Shown in pieces: positions 46,441 through 55,625 of a DNA stretch of 64,000 nt. Every line of letters begins with the position of its first letter. Positions within the stretch are counted from its first letter, which is position 1. The notes beneath the pieces are model-generated. The model saw nothing but the letters and a program-made list of their open reading frames with translations. It was not told where the DNA came from and made no database searches. This stretch comes from an uncultured Verrucomicrobiae bacterium (GTDB lineage: Bacteria; Verrucomicrobiota; Verrucomicrobiia; Chthoniobacterales; Chthoniobacteraceae). The position numbers were made by a program, and so were the translations under genes. The stretch lies in contig CAVYKI010000003.1 in assembly GCA_963769025.1 (NCBI GenBank), positions 480,001-544,000 on the forward strand. The letters are read 5' to 3'.

Positions 46441-48942
46441 CAGCGGCAGCCGCAGGGTAAACCGGCTGCCGCCGCCTTCGCGACGCTCAAATTTGATCGT
46501 GCCGCCATGCTCGTGGGCGACGCGCTGAGCGAGCGTGAGGCCGAGGCCGCTGCCCTGGATGCCGCTGTTGAGCGAATCGTGTGCGCGGTAAAACGCCTCG
46601 AAGATTTTTCGGTCGTCGCCATTCGGAACGCCCATGCCGCGGTCCATCACGGCGATGTCCACGTGGTCGTCGTCGAACCACGTGTGCAGTTCCACCTCCT
46701 TGCGCTCCGTGGAGTATTTCTCAGCATTCGAGATGAGATTCACGAGCACCTGCGCCAGCGCGTCGTCGTCGCCGAGCACGGGATACGGCCCCGGCGCTGC
46801 TTCCCAGCGGGTTGTGAAACCCGCCTCGCGCAAGTGCAGTTCCTGGCTCTCCCACACGCGCGCCACGAGCTCGTGCAAATCGAGCGGCTTCTTTTCGTAC
46901 CGCCGCTGCTTGCGCCCGATTTTCGCAAAATCGAGCACGTTGTTGATCAGCCGCGTGAGCCGCTCGGCCTCGACGGTGATGATGCGCAGATACTGGCTCT
47001 GCTTTTCCACCGGCTGCGGGCGGTCGTGCATCAGCTCGGCGAACATGCGGATGCTCGTGAGCGGCGTCTTCAGCTCGTGCGACACGTTCGAGACGAAATC
47101 CGTCTTCTGCTGCGCGAGCGCGAGCTGCCGGCGCGCATCGGCGACGACGAGCCATCCGCCAAACGCGATGAGCGCCACTGCGCCGGCGATGGTGAAAGCA
47201 AGCGTGCGCCACAATCCGCGCGCGCTGTCGGCGAGCGCCGTCGGGCTCGCGAGGTAGAGCGCCGCCTCCCAGTGCGGGAGCGCCTCGCCGATCTCGCTCG
47301 CGACGAACGGATGCTTCCACTCGCGCACCGAGGCGGACGCAGGCTGCGTCGCCGCGGGCCGCCCGCGGTCGTCCAGAAGCGCGAGCACGAATTCCGGCTG
47401 CTCATCCAGGCTCGCATAGCTGCCGCGGGAGGACGACCGCTGGCGCTCGAGCACATCCTTCCACAGGTCGTCAAAATGGCTGGCCTCGATGAGGCAGCCG
47501 AAGACCATCTCCGGCGCCTCGGGCGGGCGCAGCCAGAAGATGAGGGTCAGCTTGTCCTGCACAAAGCGCGCGACCAGCCCCTCGTCGCCCTCCTCGGTGA
47601 GGTTCCGGAATTCCGCCGTCTCCGGCATGATCGTGGACAGCGCGGCTCCGGGCGCGTTGAGAAGCTGCTGCGGCTCGACCTGGCGGTTCACCGCGGAGAG
47701 CGTGTTTTTTTCCATCTCCGCGGCCTTCTGGGCGTAGTCACGATCGGCTTCGCTCTTGCCCATTGGATCACTCGGACCCTGCAGTTTCTTCGTCGCCGTC
47801 TGCGGCATTGGTTCCGGGGCCTGCGGAGTGCTTTTCCGCGCCGCCGCCACCGTCGGCAACGGAGCGGCTGCTTGCGCTTCCTTGCGAAGCTCGCTTTCGT
47901 CCCCGGAGACGCGCGGCTGGGGTTTCGGATGCGGCGCTGCGCCACCCGCCGCCCTCTCAGCGGGCACGCGCTCCCGCTTCAGTTCATCGAGCTTCACAAC
48001 CGCCGCACCCGCGACTGGCGCACCCGCACCTCCGGGCCTTGCGGAAAGTCCCAATCCATCTTGAACCGGAGCGCTGGCCGCCGTCTCCAACCTTGCCTTC
48101 GCCCTTTCCTCCATCGGCGGTGTAGGAGCCTTTGGCGCGGCTGCGTCCATGAATGGAGTCGTGACGGGCTGCGTTTCCGCGGCTGCCAGTTTCATGGGCG
48201 CGGGAGCCAGGCCGCCCTCCGTCCGGGTGACCCGTTCCGGCCATGCTTCGGTCGCCGGTGTCATCTGGGCCTGCGCAGTCAGCCCGCGGTCAGCGCCGTC
48301 GCTTTGCTTGTCCTGCGCCAGCATTCCACCTGCATAGCCATTTGCCTTCGCCAGCTTGCCACCGCTCCCAGCGGCGGGTTTCGGATCGGATGGCACGTCC
48401 TTCCCCGCCAGTTTCATCGGGGTGTCGTCGTTCCGGTTCGCCGGGAAATCGGTGCTTGCGTAACTCTTCATCCGCGACGCATCGCCCTTGCTCCGGACCT
48501 GATTGTCACCCTGCCAGTTGTAAACGATCGCCGGCTCCGAACTGGTGAGGAACGACTTGTTGCCCAGCAAGAATTCCCGCCATTCCGGATTCTTCGACGA
48601 CGCCGTGGCCGAGGGCGAAACCAGCTTGCCGTCCTTGTTGATCGCAAATCCCACCGCCTTCACTGGCCACGCATCGGTCAGCGTATTCGTAAAATCGCGC
48701 GCAAGCGCCGCTGCATCACCCTTCGCGAGCAGCCGGTGGACCGTCTCGCCGAAGACGCGCCGTTCCGCCTCCACGGTGTCGCGCACTGCAGCCGCGAGCG
48801 ACTCGGTTTCCTTTTGGTAAAGCTCCGCCGTCCGCCGCTCAAAGACGATCTGCTGCTCCTCCGCGCTGCGCAGCGCGAGCCAGCCGAGCACGACGCTCGG
48901 CAGCAGGACCGCGAAGAGGAATATCCAGACGCTTTTTTTCAT
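46414..48942 (-). CDS. Sensor histidine kinase with a long extracytoplasmic region
   Basis: Two TM segments; FVSNVSHELKTPL H-box, NLISNAEKY, DRGMG, GSGLGL. Confidence 0.93.
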   Translation of the reverse strand: MKKSVWIFLFAVLLPSVVLGWLALRSAEEQQIVFERRTAELYQKETESLAAAVRDTVEAERRVFGETVHRLLAKGDAAALARDFTNTLTDAWPVKAVGFAINKDGKLVSPSATASSKNPEWREFLLGNKSFLTSSEPAIVYNWQGDNQVRSKGDASRMKSYASTDFPANRNDDTPMKLAGKDVPSDPKPAAGSGGKLAKANGYAGGMLAQDKQSDGADRGLTAQAQMTPATEAWPERVTRTEGGLAPAPMKLAAAETQPVTTPFMDAAAPKAPTPPMEERAKARLETAASAPVQDGLGLSARPGGAGAPVAGAAVVKLDELKRERVPAERAAGGAAPHPKPQPRVSGDESELRKEAQAAAPLPTVAAARKSTPQAPEPMPQTATKKLQGPSDPMGKSEADRDYAQKAAEMEKNTLSAVNRQVEPQQLLNAPGAALSTIMPETAEFRNLTEEGDEGLVARFVQDKLTLIFWLRPPEAPEMVFGCLIEASHFDDLWKDVLERQRSSSRGSYASLDEQPEFVLALLDDRGRPAATQPASASVREWKHPFVASEIGEALPHWEAALYLASPTALADSARGLWRTLAFTIAGAVALIAFGGWLVVADARRQLALAQQKTDFVSNVSHELKTPLTSIRMFAELMHDRPQPVEKQSQYLRIITVEAERLTRLINNVLDFAKIGRKQRRYEKKPLDLHELVARVWESQELHLREAGFTTRWEAAPGPYPVLGDDDALAQVLVNLISNAEKYSTERKEVELHTWFDDDHVDIAVMDRGMGVPNGDDRKIFEAFYRAHDSLNSGIQGSGLGLTLAQRVAHEHGGTIKFERREGGGSRFTLRLPLAEKLSVTS

Positions 48943-48955
48943 CGTTCTGCGTCAC

Positions 48956-48984
48956 AATATGCCCGCCGGCGACCGGCGTGTCAG
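48956..48984 (-). promoter_or_regulatory. Putative sigma70 promoter for the histidine kinase
   Basis: On minus strand CTGACA, 17 bp, CATATT; same -10 as the lepA candidate. Confidence 0.45.
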
Positions 48985-49044
48985 GCAGGGGTGCGGAGAA
49001 TGTAAAAGAATTGTTCCGCCCCGCGCGGTGCGTCCCCGGTCCGT

Positions 49045-50457
49045 TCAGGCTTTCGCGGCGGCCGCTTCCTTCGCCGGCTTGCGGCGCAGCGAATGGCGGA
49101 CGAGCTGCGTGCCGAAATCCCAAATGGGGCCGGGGAAACGGCGGCATTCCTGCAGCACCGAATCGAGCGCGCTCACAAAACGTTCGATCTCCTTTTCGCC
49201 CGAGATGAGCGGCGGGAGGATCTTCAGCACGTCCATCGAGTGCCCGGCGATCTGCGTGAGGATGCGGTGCTTCTTGAAAAGCGTGGTGACGACCATCTGC
49301 GCGAAGAGCTCCGACTCCACCATGTGCAGGAGCTTCCAGCCCATCTTGGCGGCAAACTCCTTCGGCTGGTGAAACTCGATCGCGATCATCATGCCGAGGC
49401 CGCGCACTTCCTTGATGAGCGAGTGCTTCTCCTTCAGCGCGTCGAGGCGGCGGCGCAGTTCCTCGCCGTTCTCGCGCGCGCGCTCGACGAGCTTCTCGTC
49501 GTCCATCACCTGCAGCGTCGCGAGGCCGCACGCCATCGCGAGATTGTTGCGGCCAAAGGTGGATGAATGCACCACGCAGCGATCCAGCCGGCTGAAGGTC
49601 TTCTGGTACACCTCGCGCCGCGCGACGATCGCCGCGCACGGCACGTAGCCGCCGCTCAGCGATTTCGCGACCGTGATGATGTCCGGCTCCAGCCCCCAGT
49701 GCTCGAAGCCCCACCAGCGGCCCGTGCGGCCGAGGCCGGTCTGCACTTCGTCGCAGATGAACAGCGTGCCCGTCTCGCGGCAGAGCTGCTGCGCCTTCAC
49801 GTAAAAGTCGTCCTTCGGGAACTGCACGCCCTTGCCCTGCACCGGCTCGACGATGAATGCGGCGACGTCGCGCTTTTCGAGCTTCGCCTTGAGCGCGGCG
49901 AGGTCGCCCATCGCGATGCGCGCGCAGTTCTCGAGCAGCGGGCCAAAGCCTTCCTGAAAATGCACGTCGCCCATCACCGAGAGCGAACCGTTCGTGAGAC
50001 CGTGAAAGGCCTTCTCGATGGAGACGAGCCCCGTCCGGCCCGTCGCCGCGCGCGCAAATTTGATCGCGCCCTCCATCGCCTCGGTGCCCGAGTTGCAGAA
50101 GAAGACCGCGTTCAAATGCGGTGGCAGCTTTTTCAGCAGCGCCTCGGCGAGCAGGCCGCTGAGCAGCGAGCAATCCATCTGCACCATGTTCGGCAGATCC
50201 ATCTCCAGCACGTCGCGGATCGCCTGCTGCACGGCGGGATGGTTGCGCCCGATGTTGAAGACGCTGTAGCCGCTGAGAAAATCGAGGTAGTCGTGCCCGT
50301 CGCGATCGTAGAGATAGCGCCCCGCGCGCCCGGGCATACACGTGGTCGAAGCCGATGATCCGCTGGACGGAGACGAGCGTGGAATTCAGGTGCCGCTCGT
50401 GGAGTTCGTAGTTTTCGCCGAGACGGGTGGTGATGAGTTCTTGAGATCGAGCGGCAT
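49045..50457 (-). CDS. Class III aminotransferase, HpnO-like; frameshifts near 50440 and 50325
   Basis: ENYELHERHLN...IGFD; YLDFLSGYSVFNIGRNHP; DLPNMVQMD; DEVQTGLGRTG; VAKSLSGG; RLDRCVVHSSTF. Confidence 0.8.
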
Positions 50458-50510
50458 CGGGCGCGGACTCTACGCAGGCAGGGTGACAATGCGAGCGGCT
50501 TTTCGGCGCG

Positions 50511-52021
50511 CTACTTCGCCGGGATCTCGTTCAGCGTGTAGTAGCCGACAGGGTGCAGCACAGGCCGGCCGTCGGCGGATTTCACGCCGTCGAGATGCAC
50601 CTCGTGGATGTCGCCCTGCGTGAGCTTTGTCGAAAGTCAGCCGCACGGATTTCCCGTCGGCACCGACGGTGGCCTTCGTGATTTTCGCGACTTTGCCGTC
50701 CACCTCCGGGCCGCCGTATTCCTCGCGATAGGCATAGGTGAAGGCGCGCGCCGAGTAGCTCGCGACATCGCCGGCAGTCTTCGGGTCCACGGGCTCGGTG
50801 AAGGTCAGCTCGAAGCCGTCGGGCTTCGCGCGCATCTCGTGGACTTCAAAGGGCACCTTGCCGGTCCAGTCCACGCGCTCGAATGAAAACGGCTTGCCGC
50901 CCTTCGCGCCCCAGCCGCGGTCGCTGCCGCCGGCGAAGAGTTGCCCGCGCTCGTTCATGCGTCCGCCGATGAGGCCGGACTTGAAGCCCTTGAGGAACGG
51001 AAACACGACACCCTGCTTGATGCCGTTCACCTCCTCGATGAAGACGCGCGAGAGGTTGCTGTGGCTCTGGTCGGCGATGAAGAGCTGCTTTTGAAAACGG
51101 CCCGAATTTCCCGCCGCTCAGATCGGGCACGATGAACGACGACGAGTTGCCGATTTTTCCGTGCACCATGTACACGACGGGCGGCACGAGTTCCTTGATG
51201 CGCTTGCGCTCGGCATCCATGCGACCCGGATCCGGACGGTCGGATTTTTCGCCGCGCTTCTTGCTGCCCTGGAACGCCTCCGGGATCGGTTCGACCGGAC
51301 GCGGCCCCATGTTCGGCGCGAGGTCATACCATTTGTTGCCGCCGGGGTGACCTTGGAACGATCCGGGAACGAGGTGCTGCAGCGTACACGCGCCGTGCCA
51401 CGGGCCCTGATTGTCGGTGTAATAGACCTCGTTGTCGTAGTTCACGACGATGCCGCCGGGCGAGCGCACGCCGCTGGTCGTCGGCACCATCGTGCCGTCG
51501 GGCTTCACGCGCACGCACCAGCCGCGGAACGGCACCTGGCTGCTGAATGAACCCGTGAGGCAGAGCACGACCCAGATGTCGCCATCCTTGTCGAAGCGCG
51601 AGCCGAACGAATACTCGTGGTAGTCGCCGCTCACGCCCCACTTGTCGCACACGGTGTCAAATTTGTCCGCGCGTCCGTCGCCGTCCGAGTCCTTCAGCCG
51701 CGCGACTTCGTAGCGGTTCGTCATGAATAGCGCGCCGTCCTTGTACGCGAGGCCCATCACCTCGTGCTGGCCGGATGCGAAGAGCTGATATTTCACGTTC
51801 GCCGGATCGCTGTCGGCGTTGCTCACCGTCCAGATTTCGCCGCGGCGCGTGCCGAGCGAAAGTTTGCCGTCGGGGAGCACTTCGATGGAGCTGACCTCCA
51901 TCGCCGTTTCCTTCGGCGTCTCGAAGGTGGTGATTTTGTAGTAGTCGGACTCCACCGGGTCGGCGGCGCGGACAGCCGCGGTGGCGAGGAGGATGCCGCA
52001 GAGGATTCGGAGCGTTTTCAT
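50511..52021 (-). CDS. Secreted beta-propeller protein (sorbosone-dehydrogenase-like, PVC type); frameshifts near 51090 and 50630
   Basis: Signal peptide; LKDSDGDGRAD, GDYHEY, GVRSPGG, TDNQG; GFELTFTEPVD; YYTLNEIPAK*. Confidence 0.75.
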
Positions 52022-52055
52022 GGTCGGGAAAAATTTCGGTTTGCGGTGACTCAGT

Positions 52056-53704
52056 TCACTTCGCGTGCGCGTGCTGCCCGTGCGCGGCCGGCCACGAGTA
52101 GGAGACTTTGATTTCCGCGCGCAGCGGCACGAGCAGATCCTTGCCCGAGACCGTCGCGCCCTCCGCGGAGACTTGAACAGATTCTCGAAGTCCGCGCCCG
52201 TCGAGCGTGAGCTTCCCGCGCATTCACGGCGAAGCCGCCATTCACCGGCTTGATCGTCGCCGCTCGCCACGCGGCAGCACCGCACCTGCGGGGATTTTGC
52301 CGTCGAGCTTCAGCACGCGCACGAGACTTGCCCCTGCCCGGCGAACGCATCGCCCTCGACCTCGTAACGCTCGGCCACTTTCACGCCCTGCCACTCGTAG
52401 TGGAAGGTCGGGTAGCGCTTCGCGTCGAGTTCGTAGCCCTTCCACACGTAGCCCTCGGCGCGCTCGCCCTTCGGCACGACTCGGCCAGATGCTGCCCGGC
52501 GCGCGGATTGATGGCAAATGGCAGCGTAGCATCGCCCGCAGGGCGGATGACATCAAAGCCGAGCGGGAGCTGGGCCCCGCCGCCGCGGCCGTTCCAGTGC
52601 CGCGCCGCGTCGATGAACGCACCGCGCCACGCGACCGCGAGGCCGAAGTATTCCGCGCTCCACGCGATGTTCGCATTGCCCGGATAGCCCACGCCGATGC
52701 CGCGGTTCCCGCCGCCGGCGATGAAATTGCGATACACGAGCGGCTCCTGCGCGACCACGAGCGGCATGCCGGTCGTCTCGGCGTTTTTCTTCTTCGGTTT
52801 CGCGCGCTTCCTTCGCATGCGGGATGCACCCATTTCGAGAGCGGCGTGCTCGCAAATCCCGGGCCGCACCACGCGGCGAAAAGCTCCGCCTGCGCCCGCC
52901 GCCTGGAAGTACTCGAGGCGGAATTCGTGCACGCCCTTCTTCAGCTTCACCTTGCCCTCCGCGATCGTGCGTCGAAGGGTGGATGCCGTCGTTGCTCCAC
53001 GACCTGCTTTCCATCGACCGAGATGCGCGCCGCCGTCATCCGACGCGAGCTGGAAAACGTATTCGCCGTCCTTCGGCGCATCGAGCTTGCCGGTGAAGAC
53101 GATGCCGAACTGGTTCTTGTAATCGTCCAGCTTGAGCTGCACGAGATTGTCCTCCACCGCGCCCTCGCGGTGCGGCTTCAGCTCGGAAAAATTCGGCAGC
53201 TTCTTCCAGTCGCCGAGGTAGAGCTGGAACTTCAGATCCGTCGAGCCCCGGCCCCGGTCGCCGCCACGTTCATCTTCCCCTGCATGATCGCCGCGTGGCC
53301 CGGAAAGGTGCAGGCATACGGATAGACGCCCGGCTTCTCCGGCGCGGTGAATTCCATCGTGTCGCTCTCCTTCGGATTCAGCGGCTTCGAGTGCAGCCAG
53401 ATGCTCTTGTCGTCCGGCAGCCAGTTGCGCTTCAGCGCCTCCTCCGGCTTTTCCATCTGCTTGTTCGCCACCGCGACCACATCGGTCCCGGGCTGGAAAA
53501 AGCAGAGATTGTGCGGCATGTCGTCCTCGTTCAGCGAGGACGAGCTTCACCTTCTGCCCCGGCCGCACCTCGATGTCCGGTCACGTCGTAGCGCATCTGC
53601 GCGCGCAGCGTCTTGATGGTGATGGTCTCCACCTCCGCCGCAAAGGCGCCGGTGGCGAAAAGGCCCGCGAGGAGCGAGGGAATCGAGCGAATGATCGTGT
53701 TCAT
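52056..53704 (-). CDS. Secreted cupredoxin (azurin/auracyanin-like)-PA14 fusion protein; many frameshifts
   Basis: QMRYD..., MPHNL, YPYACTFPGHAAIM type-1 Cu ligands; FGIVFTGKL...YVFQLASDDG...HEFRLEYFQ PA14; WRGAFIDAARHW. Confidence 0.75.
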
Positions 53705-53771
53705 GGAAAGTCGGAGTGTGACGAAAAGGGCGCGGAGTCTTGGCGGGAAAGCCGCGATTTACGAGACAGGC

Positions 53772-54621
53772 TTACTTTTTCGCCGGCGGCGGCGTGCCCT
53801 CGCTGTCCGGGTCGGTGAGATTGATCGGGCGCACCCAGATGTTGCGGTAGCGCACGGGATTCCCGTGGTCCTGCAGGCCGAGGTCGCCTTCCTGCGCGCC
53901 GGAGTCAAACTCGCGGCCCCACTGCACCACGATGCCGTTGTGAATCACCGAAAGGCGCGCCTTCTTCACCACCTTGCCCGTCTCGTCCTTGCTGCTGGCG
54001 CTCGACGATGATGTCGTAAGTCTGCCACTCGCCCGGCTTGCGCGACGCATTCACCATCGGCGGATAGCTCCCGTAAAGCCCCGCCGCCTGCCCGTCGGGA
54101 TACGTGTCATTTTCAAACGAATCCAGCACCTGCACCTCCGGAAATCCGCCGATGAACACGCCGCTGTTCCCGCGCCCCTGGCTGTTGCCCTTCACCTCGC
54201 TCGGCGCGGCCCACTCGATGTGCCACTGCGTGTCGCCCGCGATTTTCTCCCGCGTGCGGATCGAGCCGCTCTTCGGCACGATTTCAAAGTAACCGTTCTC
54301 GACCTTCCACAGCGCCTTGTCGTCCCCGTCCTCGGCGGCCTTCTTTCCGTCGCGTTTCCATTTGGAAAGATCCGTCCCTCCGAAAAGCACGATCGCATCC
54401 GAAGGCGGCTGCCCCGGCGCGGCCTGCGTGCTCATCCCCGGCGGCGTGATCACGCGCGGACGCGGGCGCGCCATGTCGCCATGCTTCCACTTCCCGCCCG
54501 GCGCGAGGTTTTCCTTCTTCGGCTCCGCAGCCTTCGGCGCGGGCTCGGCGGCAGTGCAGGTGAAGATGGATCCGGCGAGGGCCGCCACAGACGCGAGGAT
54601 GAGGGAACGGGGATGTGTCAT
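53772..54621 (-). CDS. DUF1080 (3-keto-disaccharide hydrolase/lyase family) protein; frameshift near 53995
   Basis: PPSDAIVLF, HIEW, GNSGVF, EVQVLDS, PGEWQTYDI, LQDHGNPVRYRNIW. Confidence 0.88.
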
Positions 54622-54796
54622 GACGATTCGGGGTTGCCCGCGGACAACTGCGCACTGCGCCAGCCATTAGGGGAATTCCCGCCCCGCCGCACACTGAGGG
54701 AGTCGAGGGAACGCCTACGCCTTTCATCATCGCCGTCGCCCACGGGCATGTGCCTCCACGCGGCCTGCCCTTTGCGGAGAGAAACCGGGAAACCGT

Positions 54797-54825
54797 TTGA
54801 CGGTCCGCCCGTCCTCTCCGACTCT
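54797..54825 (+). promoter_or_regulatory. Putative sigma70 promoter for the 54914 ORF
   Basis: TTGACG, 17 bp, GACTCT; -35 identical to the lepA candidate, -10 weak. Confidence 0.4.
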
Positions 54826-54832
54826 CCGCCTG

Positions 54833-54913
54833 TGAGCTAGGCGACTCAATTTTCAGAACACTGCACCAACACCGCAGAAGCGGTGTGCCTCGGCGCAGGC
54901 CGGGCAGTGTTCT
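54833..54913 (+). ncRNA. Candidate structured RNA leader (small hairpin plus three-way junction)
   Basis: AGAACACTGC (54855-64) pairs perfectly with GCAGTGTTCT (54904-13); inner ACACCGC-AGAA-GCGGTGT and TCGGC-GCAG-GCCGG hairpins. Confidence 0.5.
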
Positions 54914-55525
54914 ATGACAACACCAAAGCAAGATGGCCTCAACGGCCACACTCACGACCTCAACGGTCGTAGCGGTTCCCGGCAATGCTGGGAAATCACC
55001 AAGCTCCGCCGCGTGTCAGGTGACCCGGCGGCGTGGAAAGGCAGCACGGCGGACGGCCTTCCCGTCCACGTGAGCCACGTCCACGGCAACCTGCGCATCG
55101 AGATCGCGGAACCTTCGCGAACGCAACCGGGAGGCATCGGTTGGCGCGACCTGCTGGTCGTGCGCCCGGACTACATCGAGCTGGAACTCGATCTCCTGCG
55201 CGGCCGCAGCCAGCCGCCCGGCGGCGGCAAGCGCTCGGCGTCGGCCACACGGCGCGAGCGGTGCGAGCGGCAAAGGGTCGCCGACTGGTTCATCCTCGGC
55301 GAATGCAAGTCCGACCGCCGGACGAAGACGCCACGGATGAACTTCCGGCGGCTCTGCGCCGTGCTGGAGGCGCGCGAGGAGCACCTCGCCCACATGCTGC
55401 GCGCCGGAGTCGCGGGCGAGCCCGTGCGGGTCACCGTCTCGGCGCTCGTCGAGGGCGATCCGCTGCCGGGTGAAAGGCGCACGGAAGAGCCACGCTTCTT
55501 CCCGCGCAGCGGGGATGCCCGCTAA
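54914..55525 (+). CDS. Orphan hypothetical protein
   Basis: 203-aa ATG ORF on the strand opposite to its neighbours, filling the gap; no family recognised. Confidence 0.55.
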   Translation: MTTPKQDGLNGHTHDLNGRSGSRQCWEITKLRRVSGDPAAWKGSTADGLPVHVSHVHGNLRIEIAEPSRTQPGGIGWRDLLVVRPDYIELELDLLRGRSQPPGGGKRSASATRRERCERQRVADWFILGECKSDRRTKTPRMNFRRLCAVLEAREEHLAHMLRAGVAGEPVRVTVSALVEGDPLPGERRTEEPRFFPRSGDAR

Positions 55526-55543
55526 ACGCCGCGGCTGAGACAT

Positions 55544-55574
55544 GCCTGCCCCGCCCCGCAAGGGCGGGGCAGGC
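55544..55574. terminator. Perfect 13-bp GC hairpin between convergent genes
   Basis: GCCTGCCCCGCCC-CGCAA-GGGCGGGGCAGGC; no U-tract. Confidence 0.5.
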
Positions 55575-55625
55575 CCGGCCTTCTGGCCCGGGTGTCGCGG
55601 CCCGCGCCTGCGCGCAGGAGCCCCG

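Noticed and set aside
46354..49005. Long antisense or alternative-frame ORFs (e.g. 46354..49005 +, 36896..38800 -, 59290..61266 +, 24489..26078 -)
   Set aside because: Shadow ORFs of real high-GC genes; Arg/His-rich and without motifs.
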